A DNA stretch of 64,000 nt, from the NCBI GenBank assembly GCA_013265495.1, contig MU058241.1, positions 558,001 through 622,000 on the forward strand, given 5' to 3'. Source of the DNA: Vicugna vicugna (Eukaryota). Position numbers and translations under genes: made by a program. The notes below the pieces were generated by a model. The model did not search any database. It saw only the letters and a list, made by a program, of their open reading frames with translations, and had not been told where the DNA came from. Below are positions 1 through 14,413 of this stretch, piece after piece; position 1 is the stretch's first letter; each line of letters opens with the position of its first letter.

Positions 1-1700
<1,700 letters not shown>

Positions 1701-2718
1701 GATCTTCAGAGGGTGAACCAGCTCGGGAAGTTTGCACGTGCCTGAGAGCGTGGTTCTGTTTCTTCCCAAAGAAGTGACATCCCGTGGGTTTCAGAACGTG
1801 GCAGGCTCTGAGGTCCTCCTGGGTCTGCAGGGAAAGGGAAAGCGGAGTGTGGTCTCCAGCGCTGAAATTACCCGGTCATCCTGGAGAGGGCTCCTCCCCA
1901 GCCACCTGGTTTCAAAACCGCCTGCCCTGCGCTCAGAGTCACTCCTGAGAAGATGCTTCACTGTTTAAACATGGATAGAAAACAAAACAAAGCGGCAGCC
2001 CATTCCCAGGCAGAAAGAGTATCTTTCCTTTCTTCTTCCTTTCCTTTCCTTCCCTCTTTTAAAATTGAATTGTCAGTTGCTGTAATTTATTTGTTTTACA
2101 GTTGCAGCAGCTAAAGAAGCAGTGTAGATCAAGCCAGTTCGCGTGAAAGGCTTTCCTTGTGGTCTCTTGGCATGATTTCTCTTCGGAAGAAAAACTGCTG
2201 ACAGAATACACATTGCCAGACAATCCTGATTACATTTTAATTAGCTGGGGCGAAATAAGCTGCAAATTACTCAGTTAGGACTTAATAACTGCTGTTTCTA
2301 CAATCAATTGCAAAGCCATTCTTGGTGGTTTAACCCTCACCTGGTAATGCCTCTCTGATTTATCTAAATTGCAGGGATTAAGCTTTCTTAAGTTTTGAAA
2401 AGACAGCAGCACAAACTCCTTATAAAAAAAAAAAACCCTCAGGCTTCCCTGTCCCTCCCCCTTTTTCAATAATTTGGGAGGACAGGGAGGGAGCAGGCTG
2501 CAGCCAACTTACTACCCTGCACGTGGTGTTTATTAATGGGTGGGGAGGGCTGCGAAGAGCCCTTCTATCAGGGTGCCTGCACCCCACCCACTTGTGCAAA
2601 TTCACTCCAGCGGAAGGCTTTTTTCTGGAGCAGGTGCCAATTCTCAGTTTCTGCACAGTTTCAGACTGCTTTTTTTAGGCTGGGAGAAGGCTGGTGGCCA
2701 GCCTTGAGCCCAACAAAC

Positions 2719-3505
2719 TGGATTCTCAGGGGTGAAGCTGCCAGGCCTCGGCTAGGAAGAGCCCAACCTGTACACTCATGGTGTGGACAGAGACGGGTGC
2801 CCTGGGGGAGCAGGCCTGCAGGGGAGGCTGGGATCTAAACATCTCCACCCCAGTGCCTCACACTTTCCAGTGCCTCCCAGCCCTGCAGCAACCAGGCTGG
2901 AGATAGGTGGTGCACACCTGGTGCCTCCACATCTGGGCCTGGGTTGGCCTCACCTGTCAATCATGGGGCTGTTAACCTTGCCTGAAAGCACAGGGACCCC
3001 ATACTGATGCCTGGAAGTGGGAATGATGACAGTGAAGGTTGGAATTATCTGTATCCTGGATTATGTGGGCACAGTCCCTGACCTGTAAGAGCTTAGAATT
3101 TCATGCTGCAAGGGAGATGGATTCTGAATGACGTCGTTTCTTTCACTCCTTGATGCTGCCCTCGTGAAGTGATACCCCACCAGGTAGCACCTCGCAGGTT
3201 ATTGGTACCCAGCTCCCTGATGCCAGGTGCAGGGCCTTTAGCATGTTGCCACTTCAGTTTCTCATGGATCACGTGTACATGTGGTTAACATCCTGCCAAT
3301 GGAAGTGGTTGGAAAGGACACACTTTAGTTAGTGAATGCAGCTGAGGTCCGAGCTGTAGGGTAAGGAGCAGGGGCGTGGGCTTTGCAGCCAAGTAGGTCT
3401 GCTCTGCGTCAGGCTTGGCCACTTGGCAGATGGGGATCATGGGCTGATCACCTTCTTAAAATTTCAGCCTCTCATGTGTCTGGTGGGAAACCTGCCCAGC
3501 AAGGT
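2719..3505 (+). repeat. Left arm of a 787-bp inverted repeat
   Basis: Reverse complement of 3729-4515 when aligned base by base (paired coordinates sum to 7234); 5 mismatches, no indels. Confidence 0.97.
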
Positions 3506-3720
3506 GAAGATCATGGAACTTGTTGGGGATAGTGAAAGCAGTGGTATTAAAGGGGCTGAAAGATCGCTAAGTACCAGTCCCTGTTCTCAGTGTCTTCCAA
3601 GCCTCTCATTTCATCCCACCACCACGAGGAGGGTGCCATTGATCTCCTGTAACTGATAAGGACCCGGGATGCAGAGAAGCTAATAGATGGTGCAGCTGGC
3701 TTCCCAGCAAGGGCGGCTAC
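3380..3720. mobile_element. Degenerate MIR fragments in the inner arm and spacer of the inverted repeat
   Basis: MIR-core-like stretches such as tttcatcccaccaccacgaggagggtgccattgatctcc...gatgcagagaagctaa; highly diverged. Confidence 0.45.
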
Positions 3721-3728
3721 CAGTTTTA

Positions 3729-4515
3729 ACCTTGCTGGGCAGGTTTCCCACCAGACACATGAGAGGCTGAAATTTTAAGAAGGTGATCAGCCCATGATCC
3801 CCATCTGCCAAGTGGCCAAGCCTGACGCAGAGCAGACCTACTTGGCTGCAAAGCCCACGCCCCTGCTCCTTACCCTACAGCTCGGACCTCAGCTGCATTC
3901 ACTAACTAAAGTGTGTCCTTTCCAACCACTTCCATTGGCAGGATGTTAACCACATGTACACGTGATCCATGAGAAACTGAAGTGGCAACATGCTAAAGGC
4001 CCTGCACCTGGCATCAGGGAGCTGGGTACCAATAACCTGCGAGGTGCTACCTGGTGGGGTATCACTTCACGAGGGCAGCATCAAGGAGTGAAAGAAACGA
4101 CGTCATTCAGAATCCATCTCCCTTGCAGCATGAAATTCTAAGCTCTTACAGGTCAGGGACTGTGCCCACATAATCCAGGATACAGATAATTCCAACCTTC
4201 ACTGTCATCATTCCCACTTCCAGGCATCAGTATGGGGTCCCTGTGCTTTCAGGCAAGGTTAACAGCCCCATGATTGACAGGTGAGGCCAACCCAGGCCCA
4301 GATGTGGAGGCACCAGGTGTGCACCACCTATCTCCAGCCTGGTTGCTGCAGGGCTGGGAGGCACTGGAAAGTGTGAGGCACTAGGGTGGAGATGTTTAGA
4401 TTCCAGCCTCCCCTGCAGGCCTGCTCCCCCAGGGCACCCGTCTCTGTCTACACCATGAGTGTATAGGTTGGGCTCTTCCTAGCCGAGGCCTGGCAGCTTC
4501 ACCCCTGAGAGTCCA
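3729..4515 (-). repeat. Right arm of the 787-bp inverted repeat
   Basis: Reverse complement of 2719-3505; spacer 3506-3728 (223 bp). Confidence 0.97.
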
Positions 4516-7452
4516 CACGCTTGGCTGGCCTCAAGGCTGGGTGCAGCTAGGTACCTGCATCAAGGATGGGCATAGGCTTGTTACCGTGGAGTCTTGGACT
4601 TTGGGGACTAAACACAGAATGGTGCTCCCAGAGTGGGATGGGGAAAACCACCTCTAATTCAAGACACGCATGCCCAGCTCTGACCCTCCTTGTGCCCACT
4701 CCCAGGTCCTTGCAGGGGGCAGAGTATAACAGTGACTTGAGGGTGAGGAGGGAAAGGTTGGGTGAGGACTGGGGTGCCAGGGGGCCAGGGATTGGGCAGC
4801 TGAGAATCTTTCCTGGGAAGGGGCAGGGGGAGGCAGCATCATGCATGATGCTCCAGAACACGCTCCAATATCCCATCAGACTTCATGTGCAAAGTGCAAA
4901 CTCAAAGATAAAATAACTAAGGATTTTAGTATAGCGATCTCGGAGCTGTCAGTCCCTGGCACCAGGCCCTTTCTGGGCACGCACCACGTGCACTGGTCAC
5001 GGGCCCCTGAAGCCAGCCCTGGTCTGGGCTTGGTACGTCAAGGGGGCTGGGCCCTCGCAGGGGGTTAAGCCCGCCTGTGGCGGTTCTTCATAGGGCTGTC
5101 CATGGCGTCCAAGGTTATGATGCTCTCCTTGGTGTAACCTGCTTGTTCTGCACTTACTTTCTCAACTTTGCTAGAATATTAGAGGGAAAGGAGGGAGAAT
5201 GTGCCTGACGTAAGTTAGGGCTCTTTTTAGGTGAACCTCCTTTAACTGGAGAGGGACTTCCTCTTTTACGCTAGTTGGGAGGTTGGTGGTGGAGACTCCG
5301 CCCGTCTCCCCAGGTCCTGCTCCTCCAGGCGGTGGTGGAACCAAGTCTCTGAGCCTCATAGACAGTCTTCCCCCTAACTGGTAGCAGTCCTGCAACCTGC
5401 CCTTCCTCTGCCTGTGTTTGCTCAGGGGAGGCTCAGTAGCACAGGCCTGAGGAGGAGGAGTGGCCCGAGTGGAGGAGGGCTACTGTTTCTTCACCAGACC
5501 TCAGACCGCTGGGGAAAGGGGCATGGAATCTTGTCTAAGATAAGTAGCAGGTTGCTGGCAGCCTCTGCCCTCGGGCTCTAGACTGTTATTAGTGTTGAGA
5601 GATTGTTGCTTAGTGGGACATTATTCACTCTTTAAACTACCCCTGATAGGCTCGTTTGGGTAGCTGATTAGAGATCAGAAGCTTTTTCCTCGCAGTAATT
5701 GGAAGCTGTTTGTTTTGGCAAGAGAGGGAACTAAGCTGGTGATTAGCTCATTCTGCTTAGAGGACCAGCCTCTCCTCGAAGAAAAAGTAAACAAACAATT
5801 AGCACATCAAAAACCTTTAGCAGCCACAGATCAGCCCTGGGGCTCCCAGAGTTTTGGAGCAGCGGTTCTGTGAGGAATATATTCCGCCCTGGTGTGTCAC
5901 TTTGGCCCTCAGTGAGATTGAAGTTAGATGCCAGGAAGTCCCTGGGAAGAGAGGCCATCCTCAGGTTTGACCTTTACATTTGGCTGTGTTTCCAAGAATT
6001 TCTGAATTTGCTCCAAACTAAACACTAGGCTATTCATGGCAAAGTTTTGTCTTTAATACAGTGTTTCTCCTTGAATGTCACTTAAAAATCTATCGTATTG
6101 TGACTGTTGTAGAACATTTGTCAAACACATTAGAAAATACCGACTTGTTCCTTTCTTTGTGCCTTTCTTAGACAATAAATAGGTTTATATTTATGTATAT
6201 TGTGTACAGTATAAATTTATATGCATTTCAGTATACTAACAGTACATATGTGTATGGATGTTTGGAGATCTGCACTTTAAAATTAATGCTGTTGGTGTAA
6301 GCATTCTCACTTAAGAAACTTAATTATAAGTAGGAGGTTATTATATTTCTTTGAAATAGGTTATGCAATGAAATCTGGTGAATCTATGTTGGTATGCTTC
6401 AGCGAACGGGCGTAAAACTTCACGGTTAGGTAGAGACACTTAGGAAGGTGCTGGTGGGCACTGCTTGTATTAACTCAGAAATGGAGAAGTTCCTACCTGT
6501 GACTTGGTGTTGCTTTCCAGAAACGTGACTCTTCAAAAGTCTTGAGGGTCGGGGCTTTGGGATGGTGGTCACTGAAGCATCCCTGTGTTGTCAGGAGACG
6601 TCTTGTGTATGAACAGCAGTAGCAGGGGCAAGTGCAGGCACTCCCTCCGCTGCAGTGCCTTGTGCAGATGACTGCATAACTCGTCTTAGCTCCCAGGTCT
6701 TTGGAGTTCTCACGTCGGCCACCTTGCAGCTCTTCCTTTTCACTCACTCTGGACTCCATGTTGTAAAAAAGTATATTGTCTGTCAACATACGGCATTTAT
6801 TAAGTATGACCTAGCTTTTCCTCTTTACATTAATCAGATATCCGTAACTCGGGCTTCAGGTCGGCATGAGGTCTCCCACAATACCATAGTAGACTGATAA
6901 AACGAATATTCTTAACACTTTAGTTATCTTTGCACCATCTATCCTTAGACAACGTGTGATTTCTTTTGGATTCTCTGACCTATTGAAAATAGGTCATAGA
7001 ACCTATTCCTTCTCGGTAGATGCTGTTGGTGACCTTCTGTCCCTCACCCTGCTGGCCACCTGCATCCTGTATTGGCTGCTAATAGCTTACAGCTGCTCCC
7101 CCTCAGAGACTAACCTTCCGCCATGGGTACCATCTTGCCAGCAAGGCACTGTATCCTCCTCCCTTGACAGGGTGAGTCATGGCCAGTGGCTCATTGCTGG
7201 GCATGCAGGAGGCCAGCGTCCTGCTGGGATCAACTCTTCTGTGCAATTTATGCTCCAAAGCATTGCATGGGGCCAGGCTCATGCAAGTCTCTAGCTGAGA
7301 TCACAACCCTACTGAGCTCCCCCGCATTCTTCCCTCCCCCTCTGCTGAGAGCTCCCCTCAGTACATCACATACACAGAAATCCCCCCTTCAGCCTCTGCT
7401 TTTGCGAAACCCCATCTCAGATGCCTACCTTCAGAGAGATACCTTACCTAAT

Positions 7453-7490
7453 TGTCTAATCTGAAAAACAGGTGTTTTTCAGATTAGACA
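7453..7490. repeat. Perfect hairpin, 18-bp arms with 2-nt spacer
   Basis: tgtctaatctgaaaaaca-gg-tgtttttcagattagaca. Confidence 0.95.
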
Positions 7491-7790
7491 GCTTGATGCT
7501 TACAGAAATGATTTTTTCAAGCACATACAGATAGTAGACTATAGAAGTGAAAATAAATCCCAGCTTTCACAACTCTGAGCTCAGACTTTTCCCCACTGTC
7601 CCTTTAAAAAAAATCTTGAGAGTTCGTACAGATATAAAAAAGGATCTTTCTAAATGAGGAAGTGCTAAGAGTCAGAACATTTTGTTATTTGACTTTATCT
7701 CTCCTGATGATCCCAGCAAAGAAGTTTCAACTCTTGAGCCCAGTATATAAGCAGATCATGCTCCTTCATTGCCCATATGAAAAACATACG

Positions 7791-7975
7791 CAGCTGGTGC
7801 TCTGTATGTGCTGGTTCCGTCTACCTGCAGTTGGTTGAATCCGTAAGTGAGGGACCTGTAAATACAGAGAGCTGGCTGTACTCTGCCGTTTTATATAAGG
7901 GACTCAAGCATCTGTGGATTTTTGTGTCCACGGGGGTCCTGGAACCAGTCCCCCACGGATCTCAAGGGACACCTG
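7791..7975. mobile_element. TcMar-Tigger MITE (MER2-like)
   Basis: CAG...CTG termini followed by TA; typical ttttatataagggactcaagcatctgtggatttttg...ggtcctggaaccagtcccccacggat motif. Confidence 0.7.
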
Positions 7976-10900
7976 TACTAGTACAGCAACCTTGAAATGG
8001 TTGTGTGGTAGGTGGACAGCGGATGGTGTGGGGAACATCGTTAACCACAGCGCCCCTGACGGGTCTAAGGAGATAGCAGGGAGAACCAATTCAGATATTA
8101 ACCAACTTTGGATTTACTCAGCAGGCAGCCAGAGGCACCACATCCCCCAGGACGTATTGTCCCCTCTGTAGCCTTAAAAGATTTCACACATGGTTTCAAA
8201 ATGGTGAGTGGAGGCATTTTCCCTGATGGTGGAGCAGGTTGGATAGAATTAGTTATCCCTGACGGCCAGTAAGTAAGGAAAGATTTATGGAAGCAGTGTT
8301 TATGGCTCATTTTAATGCAAATCACAGACTGTGAATGCTGGATCTGTCTCTCCCTTTTAAAAAGTACCCCTTTAATCACTTCCATTTATTTCAGCTAATA
8401 TCGATGGATTGCTGCAATTTCAAAGATGAGGCTGTAAAAGCCCTACTCTCGAGGGATGTATAGTCTAGTAGTGGTGAAGACTTATAAACAGACCACGTCA
8501 GTCCACAAGGGAGAGTTATTTGTATGAGATCTCAGAGGAGGGGGCTTGTCGCTTTAGGGAACGTGTCCCAGAGGAGGCGAGGCTTGAGCTGAGCCTCGAA
8601 AGCTGGGCTCTTCCCATGCAGAATAGCTCTTCCCACGCAGACTCTCGCAGTAGTTAGGTCCCTCTGTTGGGGACTCTCAGTGGCTCCCAATGGGCAGGAT
8701 GCAGCATCAGCCCCCCAGCCAGCAGCCGTGCTTTGGGAGCCCGCTGGGGGAGCTGTGACACAGCTTTGCTCCGCAGGACTGGTTGGGAGCCGGTTATCAC
8801 ACTTACAGGTGTGGGTGAAGCCAGTCTACACCAGCAGCAGCTCTCATCTATTCAGTTGATCTCTGTGGGGATCCTCCCCAGCATCCCGAAGAAAGAGCCC
8901 CACGTGGGCAAAAGAAGGAGAGAAGGGGTCTGCCCTCCCCACCTTCATCTCCCTGCCATCGTACTTTGGCTACCCCCGTTCTGAATGTGGGTGGGGCTGG
9001 ACCCAAACTAAGAAAGTCACCTGAGTTACTGAGCCTCAGGTTAGAAGGTTCCTGGCATTTTATAACGTCTTAGTGTTGACAAAGTAGTGTCAGATAAATA
9101 TCTACTTGACCTTCACAGCAACTCTTGTGAGGCTTTACAGATAAGACAGCTGAAGGCTGTGAGGTCTCGGGAAGTGAGATAACCAAGGCTTCATAGCAGA
9201 AGCTCAAGCCCTAATCGTCATATTCCCAAATATTTATACTACATGACCCTGCTTCTCAGCATGCTGACAGTGAGACAAGGCAGAGGAGAAACACCAACTG
9301 GTAATGCAGTTGAGAATCCCGGAGTTTTGAGGGGAAAGGGACCTCCATTTCTCACCCTGCGTTGGCGCCCGGGGGCACCACTGCATCACGGAGCCGCACA
9401 ATTGTGGACAACTGAAAGTTTGCTGGGTGATAGAAAAAACCTTGAAAACTATCAGCCCATCAATGACGTCCCCTGTGCATTTGTCCAGCCCAGCTCTTCT
9501 TCCAGCCAATAGGAATCTGCCACACACAGTTATCCTGCAGGTATCTTAGATTCTGGGCACCCAGCATGACCGACATGCACTTCCTGCCCGCAAGAGAATT
9601 CTTTTCTCCTAAAAAAGAGACAGACATTTACGCAAATCATTACCAAGAGTTGTTGCAGTGAAGAAAGGATAATCATAAATCACCTTTTAAATGTTTATAT
9701 ATAAGCACTGAACACATTATCATAATTTCTTAGATAAAGACTGTTTTTTCATTTATAAATTGATTTTGTTTAGGTCCACCAAAATTCTGTCTAACAAAAC
9801 AGAGTGTTACTTTGATCCTTGCAGAAATGCTTCACGAACAGCTGGACTCCTTGATGTCATAGAGGATGAATTTGTTGTCTGGGAATAACAAGTCTCAGGG
9901 CTTCAGCCTTGACCTTCATTCCTGGCTGCCATGGCTGTTTTGTGTGGTGGCGGGACACATTCGGAGTATTTGCAAGTGGTCAGCATAGCTGGTACTTACG
10001 TGACAGCTACTTCCAAGAACTCAGGGGTGCTTTATATGCTTGCTTTCCTTTTATTTTGGTTCAGGGAGTGTGTGTGTTTCTGTTTACCCTTTATGATTCT
10101 TCTCAGCATTTCTGTAAGATAAAAACAATTGGACAATAAGGGATTCTGAGAAAAGAAATTAGGCAGTTCTCAAGGCTGCACATGAAAAGAAAATGGTGAT
10201 GAATGCAGTCCTTGAATCCCCCGAAGTGCAAAAATCTGTCCTTAGGAGAATCTGAGAAACAGTGGCTCATCAAGAGGGGGAAAAAAGCTAACTAAAGCTC
10301 TTAATTCACATTCTACTTATCCTTTTGTTTTAAATGGTAACTTCTGTCATTTAATAAGATTTTGCTCTCCAAGTTATTAATGTCCTGCCAACTTGAAAAT
10401 AACACTGTGTTAGACTGACCTCCAAATGTGTAATTTGGTATTTCGTATTACCTTCTTTCTTTGAAAGAAAAGGTAGATAGGCTGTCACCAGTTGAAAGTC
10501 ATATAATGTATGGTGATCACAATCTTCATTTTAGAGAAGTGCTTGTTCCCAGCTGGTACGCACAGGATGTCAAATAACCTTCAGCGAACGAAAATGCATG
10601 TTTCCTCTCCGTTTAGTATCTCATTGTCGCTGATGACTTTTTAAATTTCATAGCTAATTTCTGATTATATCCAAAGAAGTGACAGTTTTATAAGTCTATA
10701 AATGAATATATAACAGAGTCCTTTTAAAGAAACCAGAAACATTACTTTTCTAAAGTAATCCATCACCTTCCAAAAATGTCGTTAATTGTACTGGTGCCGG
10801 GGACAAGAGAAATGATGGGAATTCATTTAGTTAAGCAATTTAGAGTTGTTTTCTCCGTATTCTGTTTTTAGTTTATACCTTTTTCACCCACTATAATATT

Positions 10901-11559
10901 CTAATGCATTAATAATTCACACATTTGAAATGCATCACAGTATTTTTGTTGTTCCTGTCTCCCTCCAATGCAAATGGCATTCTTACCTAAAGACAAACCA
11001 GATGGATGGCATTCTTGGGAGATTACTGACAGCTTCTCTAAAAGAAAGACTAAACAATTGAAAAATTCTAAATACAAGCAAAAATAAACCTTTCAGGTTA
11101 AAGGTGATTTCACCTTTTATTTATTGTGTCCCTGTAGGGTTTGTATAAATGGTTCATCTGATGCAAGTCCATCAACTTTTGTTTCATTCTCTGATAACAC
11201 ATAATTGAGGGAGACAGTCCTTTCTAGACTTAAATAAACGTCTCGGCTCCTGCCTTTGACTGCCTGTGCTCCTGGAATGAATAGTACTCTTTTGAAATTT
11301 ATGCTGTTTGTTATACTTTGTGGACTGGAAGGAAAGTTCACAAACACTTACCAACCTAGAATAGTAAGAGAGATTTTGAAGACGATGCACACCTTACAGT
11401 GAGATGTCACCCCACCCCCTGGCCAGATTTCCAAGTGCTGTTATAACAAACCACATATGCCAAGGATCCTGGTATTTCAGGGCCATCAGTTTGCTTTCCA
11501 GCTGATGAGCAGACCCCTATGGGATGCAAATACCAAGACCATTTCCAATCATGGGGGAG

Positions 11560-12305
11560 TCATCATCACCATCACTGCTACCATCATCATCAACATCACC
11601 ATGATCACCCACAGTCACCATCATCATATCACCATCATAATTGTCACCAGTAAACAATCATCACCATCATCACCATCACTGCCACCACCACCAAATCATC
11701 ACCACCATCATCACCATCATAATTGTCACCACTGTCATAATCATCACCATCATCACCATCACTGCCACTACCACCAAATCATCATCACCATCATCACTAT
11801 TATAATTGTCACCAGTGTCATAATCATCGCCATCATCACCATCCATCACTGCCACCACCACCAAATCATCACCACCATCATCACCATCATAATTGTCACC
11901 AGTGTCATAATCATCACCATCATCACCATCACTGCCACCACCACCAAATCATCATCGCCATCATCACCATCACTGCCGCCGCCACCAAATCATCACCACC
12001 ATCATCATCATCATCACTATCATAATTGTCACCAGTGTCATAATCATCACCATTGTCAGCATCACTGCCGCCACCACCAAATCATCACCACCATCATCAT
12101 CACCATCACCACTATCATAATTGTTACCAGTGTCATAATCGTCGCCATCATCACCATCACTGCCGCCACCATCATCACTATCATAATTGTCACCACTGTC
12201 ATAATCATCACCATCACTGCCACCATCACCACCATCATCATCATCACTACCACCACCACCACCATCATCACCACCATGAGCATCCACAGTCATCATCTTC
12301 ATCAT
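11560..12305. repeat. (CAC/CAT)n-based simple repeat array with higher-order unit
   Basis: CAY triplets punctuated by AATTGTYACC at 11639, 11721, 11804, 11891, 12024, 12119 and 12185; source of the His-, Ile/Thr- and Met/Val-rich ORFs. Confidence 0.95.
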
Positions 12306-13608
12306 CCCCACATTTGGAAATGTGCGACTGTTTCCTTAGAAATCTCTGTGCAGACAGAGATACTTGAGATACTCAGGTTTCCATGCCTGTCCATCATGAC
12401 AAGCGACTTAGTTTTGCCCCGCTTACTGATGTCTTGTCCCTTCCTCTATGACTCTTTCCCCCAGTGAACAGGGTTTTGCTCTCCACAGAGGAGTAACTGT
12501 GTATGAAACAAGGAGCAGAAGGCCAGCCAGGCATCTAGGCTGGCCCATTCTTGCCCAGCAGTCCTGCTGTGTGGATGACTCAGATGGAGGTGAAGTTACA
12601 AGCCACAGGGTAGCATTAACTTGGAGCTTGCTTTCTGGAGTGGAAGCCTGTTAACGAGAAGAATGCCAAGTTTATGTGGAAGTTACTGATTACTTTCAGA
12701 AAGAATGAGAAGGAAATAGGAGACTGGTTGCTATAAAAGTTTTTGGTAACTGGGATTTTTAAAAAATGTCTTCAGTGGCAAGGAAGTGCAGAGAAATCAC
12801 CCAAGATGCTGTGCACCGTGAAAGATTGTCAAGATCATCATTGGTTGAAGGTGGGCACCCACTTGATTTCTTGTGTTCTCTTCTGTGTTTTGGGCTACTA
12901 TAGCCCTTGAGACCTAGAACTGTGCTTTTTAAATCTAAAATAGGTACCCCAGTTCCTTTCTTCCTCCTTTAGACACGGTAGGCTCTTAGCTGAGTTTTGA
13001 TGGATATCCCTGACATGTCTTTGACTAGAAATGGATTTTCTCTCCCTTTCTGTCACCTCTTCCCCTCTCCCTCCCCTTCCATCTCCTTCCTTTGTTTTGA
13101 CATTTGGCTGTACCATTGTGAAGGCAGCACAGCCAAATCCATTTGCTGATCATTCCAGAAATGGCCTGCATCTGGGAAGTTATTTTCCCATTGGGCCAGA
13201 ATCGCAAAGAAAGTAGGGAACATCTTTTCTTATTGTTGTTTCCACATTTTTGAATCCAGAGTTATGAGATAATGTCCTCACAGCTGCAAAGAAATAAAAA
13301 AAAATACTTCTGGATGGACTATATTCACTTAAGTATCACCAGAGAGAAATGTGTTTAGAGGTGAGACTGTGAGAACAGATATCCATTTGTGTATTTTGAG
13401 CTTTCTGTTTTTCAGGGGCCCTGCATGGACTTGAATAATGTTTTTAACCTATTTTTTAATAGGGCAATATTGTAAACTCTTATTCTATTTATTACTTCAC
13501 AGTTTTGAAAAAAAAAGTTTGTTCTTTTTTGAACAACCATATGAAATTAGGGCCAAAATGTATTTCCATGTATATGTTTGTATGCATATTATCCAAGGGT
13601 GTCTAGTT

Positions 13609-13822
13609 CAGGTTTCTCAGCCTTGGCACTATTGACATTTGGGGCCAGGTTATCGTTTACTGTGGGGCTGTCCGGTGCATTACTGGATGTTTAGCAGAAT
13701 CCCTGGTCCTTACCCGGTAGGTTCCAGTAGCATCCCTCCCACCCCCAGTTGTGACAAAAAAATGATCTCCAGACATTCCATTGTGCACCATAGGACAAAA
13801 TCGCCCCTGTTGAAAACCACTG
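13609..13822. mobile_element. MER20-like hAT-Charlie MITE
   Basis: caggtttctcagccttggcactattgacattt...gttgaaaaccactg; 8-bp TSD gtctagtt/gcctagtt. Confidence 0.85.
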
Positions 13823-14413
13823 GCCTAGTTCTATCTCTTTTTCTTTCTGTCTCTCTGGATCTGCTGTCTGGAGGTCACTGTCTGTATTCAGATATGCATA
13901 TCCCTATCTAAATGTGTGTACATGTATGATTCTTTTATTATGTATTCAGGTATCCTCTTTGAAAGAATAGGCTCAGATACGTGAGCCAGTAAATTGGTGG
14001 CGTTCACAGTGTTCTCCTTCACTCATGATGTGGGAGTTTGGAAAGGTGCTTGTTTATGTCTCCGTTTGAGATCCTAGGAAAGAATAAGGCAATTGGGTCT
14101 ATAAAATGCAGTTAGAAAAAATGCTTTGCTTCCGTTCTATAGCAAACATTCTCCTAAATGAAAACAGCTGTATCTCTGTCTTGGCAGTGACGATTCTGAA
14201 GGTATGTCATGGCGTCTGTGGCTGTGATAGCCATGTAGAAAATTGGAGTTTTCCAGCCATGACCAGACAAATGTAAAGTCGGCCATATTGCATCTTTTCC
14301 TTTAAATGCGTGCTGTGTGTTTTAAATTTGGTGAGCTGGTCCATAAAGTCTGATTCCCTTGGAACTTCTTTGCAAGTAAACATCTTTTCCCTTCAAAAAG
14401 CCTTTGGCCTCTG

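Noticed and set aside
6397..10590. Shared 12-mer cttcagcgaacg near 6397 and 10579
   Set aside because: A single 12-mer match is expected by chance in 64 kb and the flanks do not align
11457..12467. 336-aa His/Ile/Thr-rich ORF as a histidine-rich protein gene
   Set aside because: Translation of a CAY simple repeat; composition switches with frame slips and no gene structure supports it
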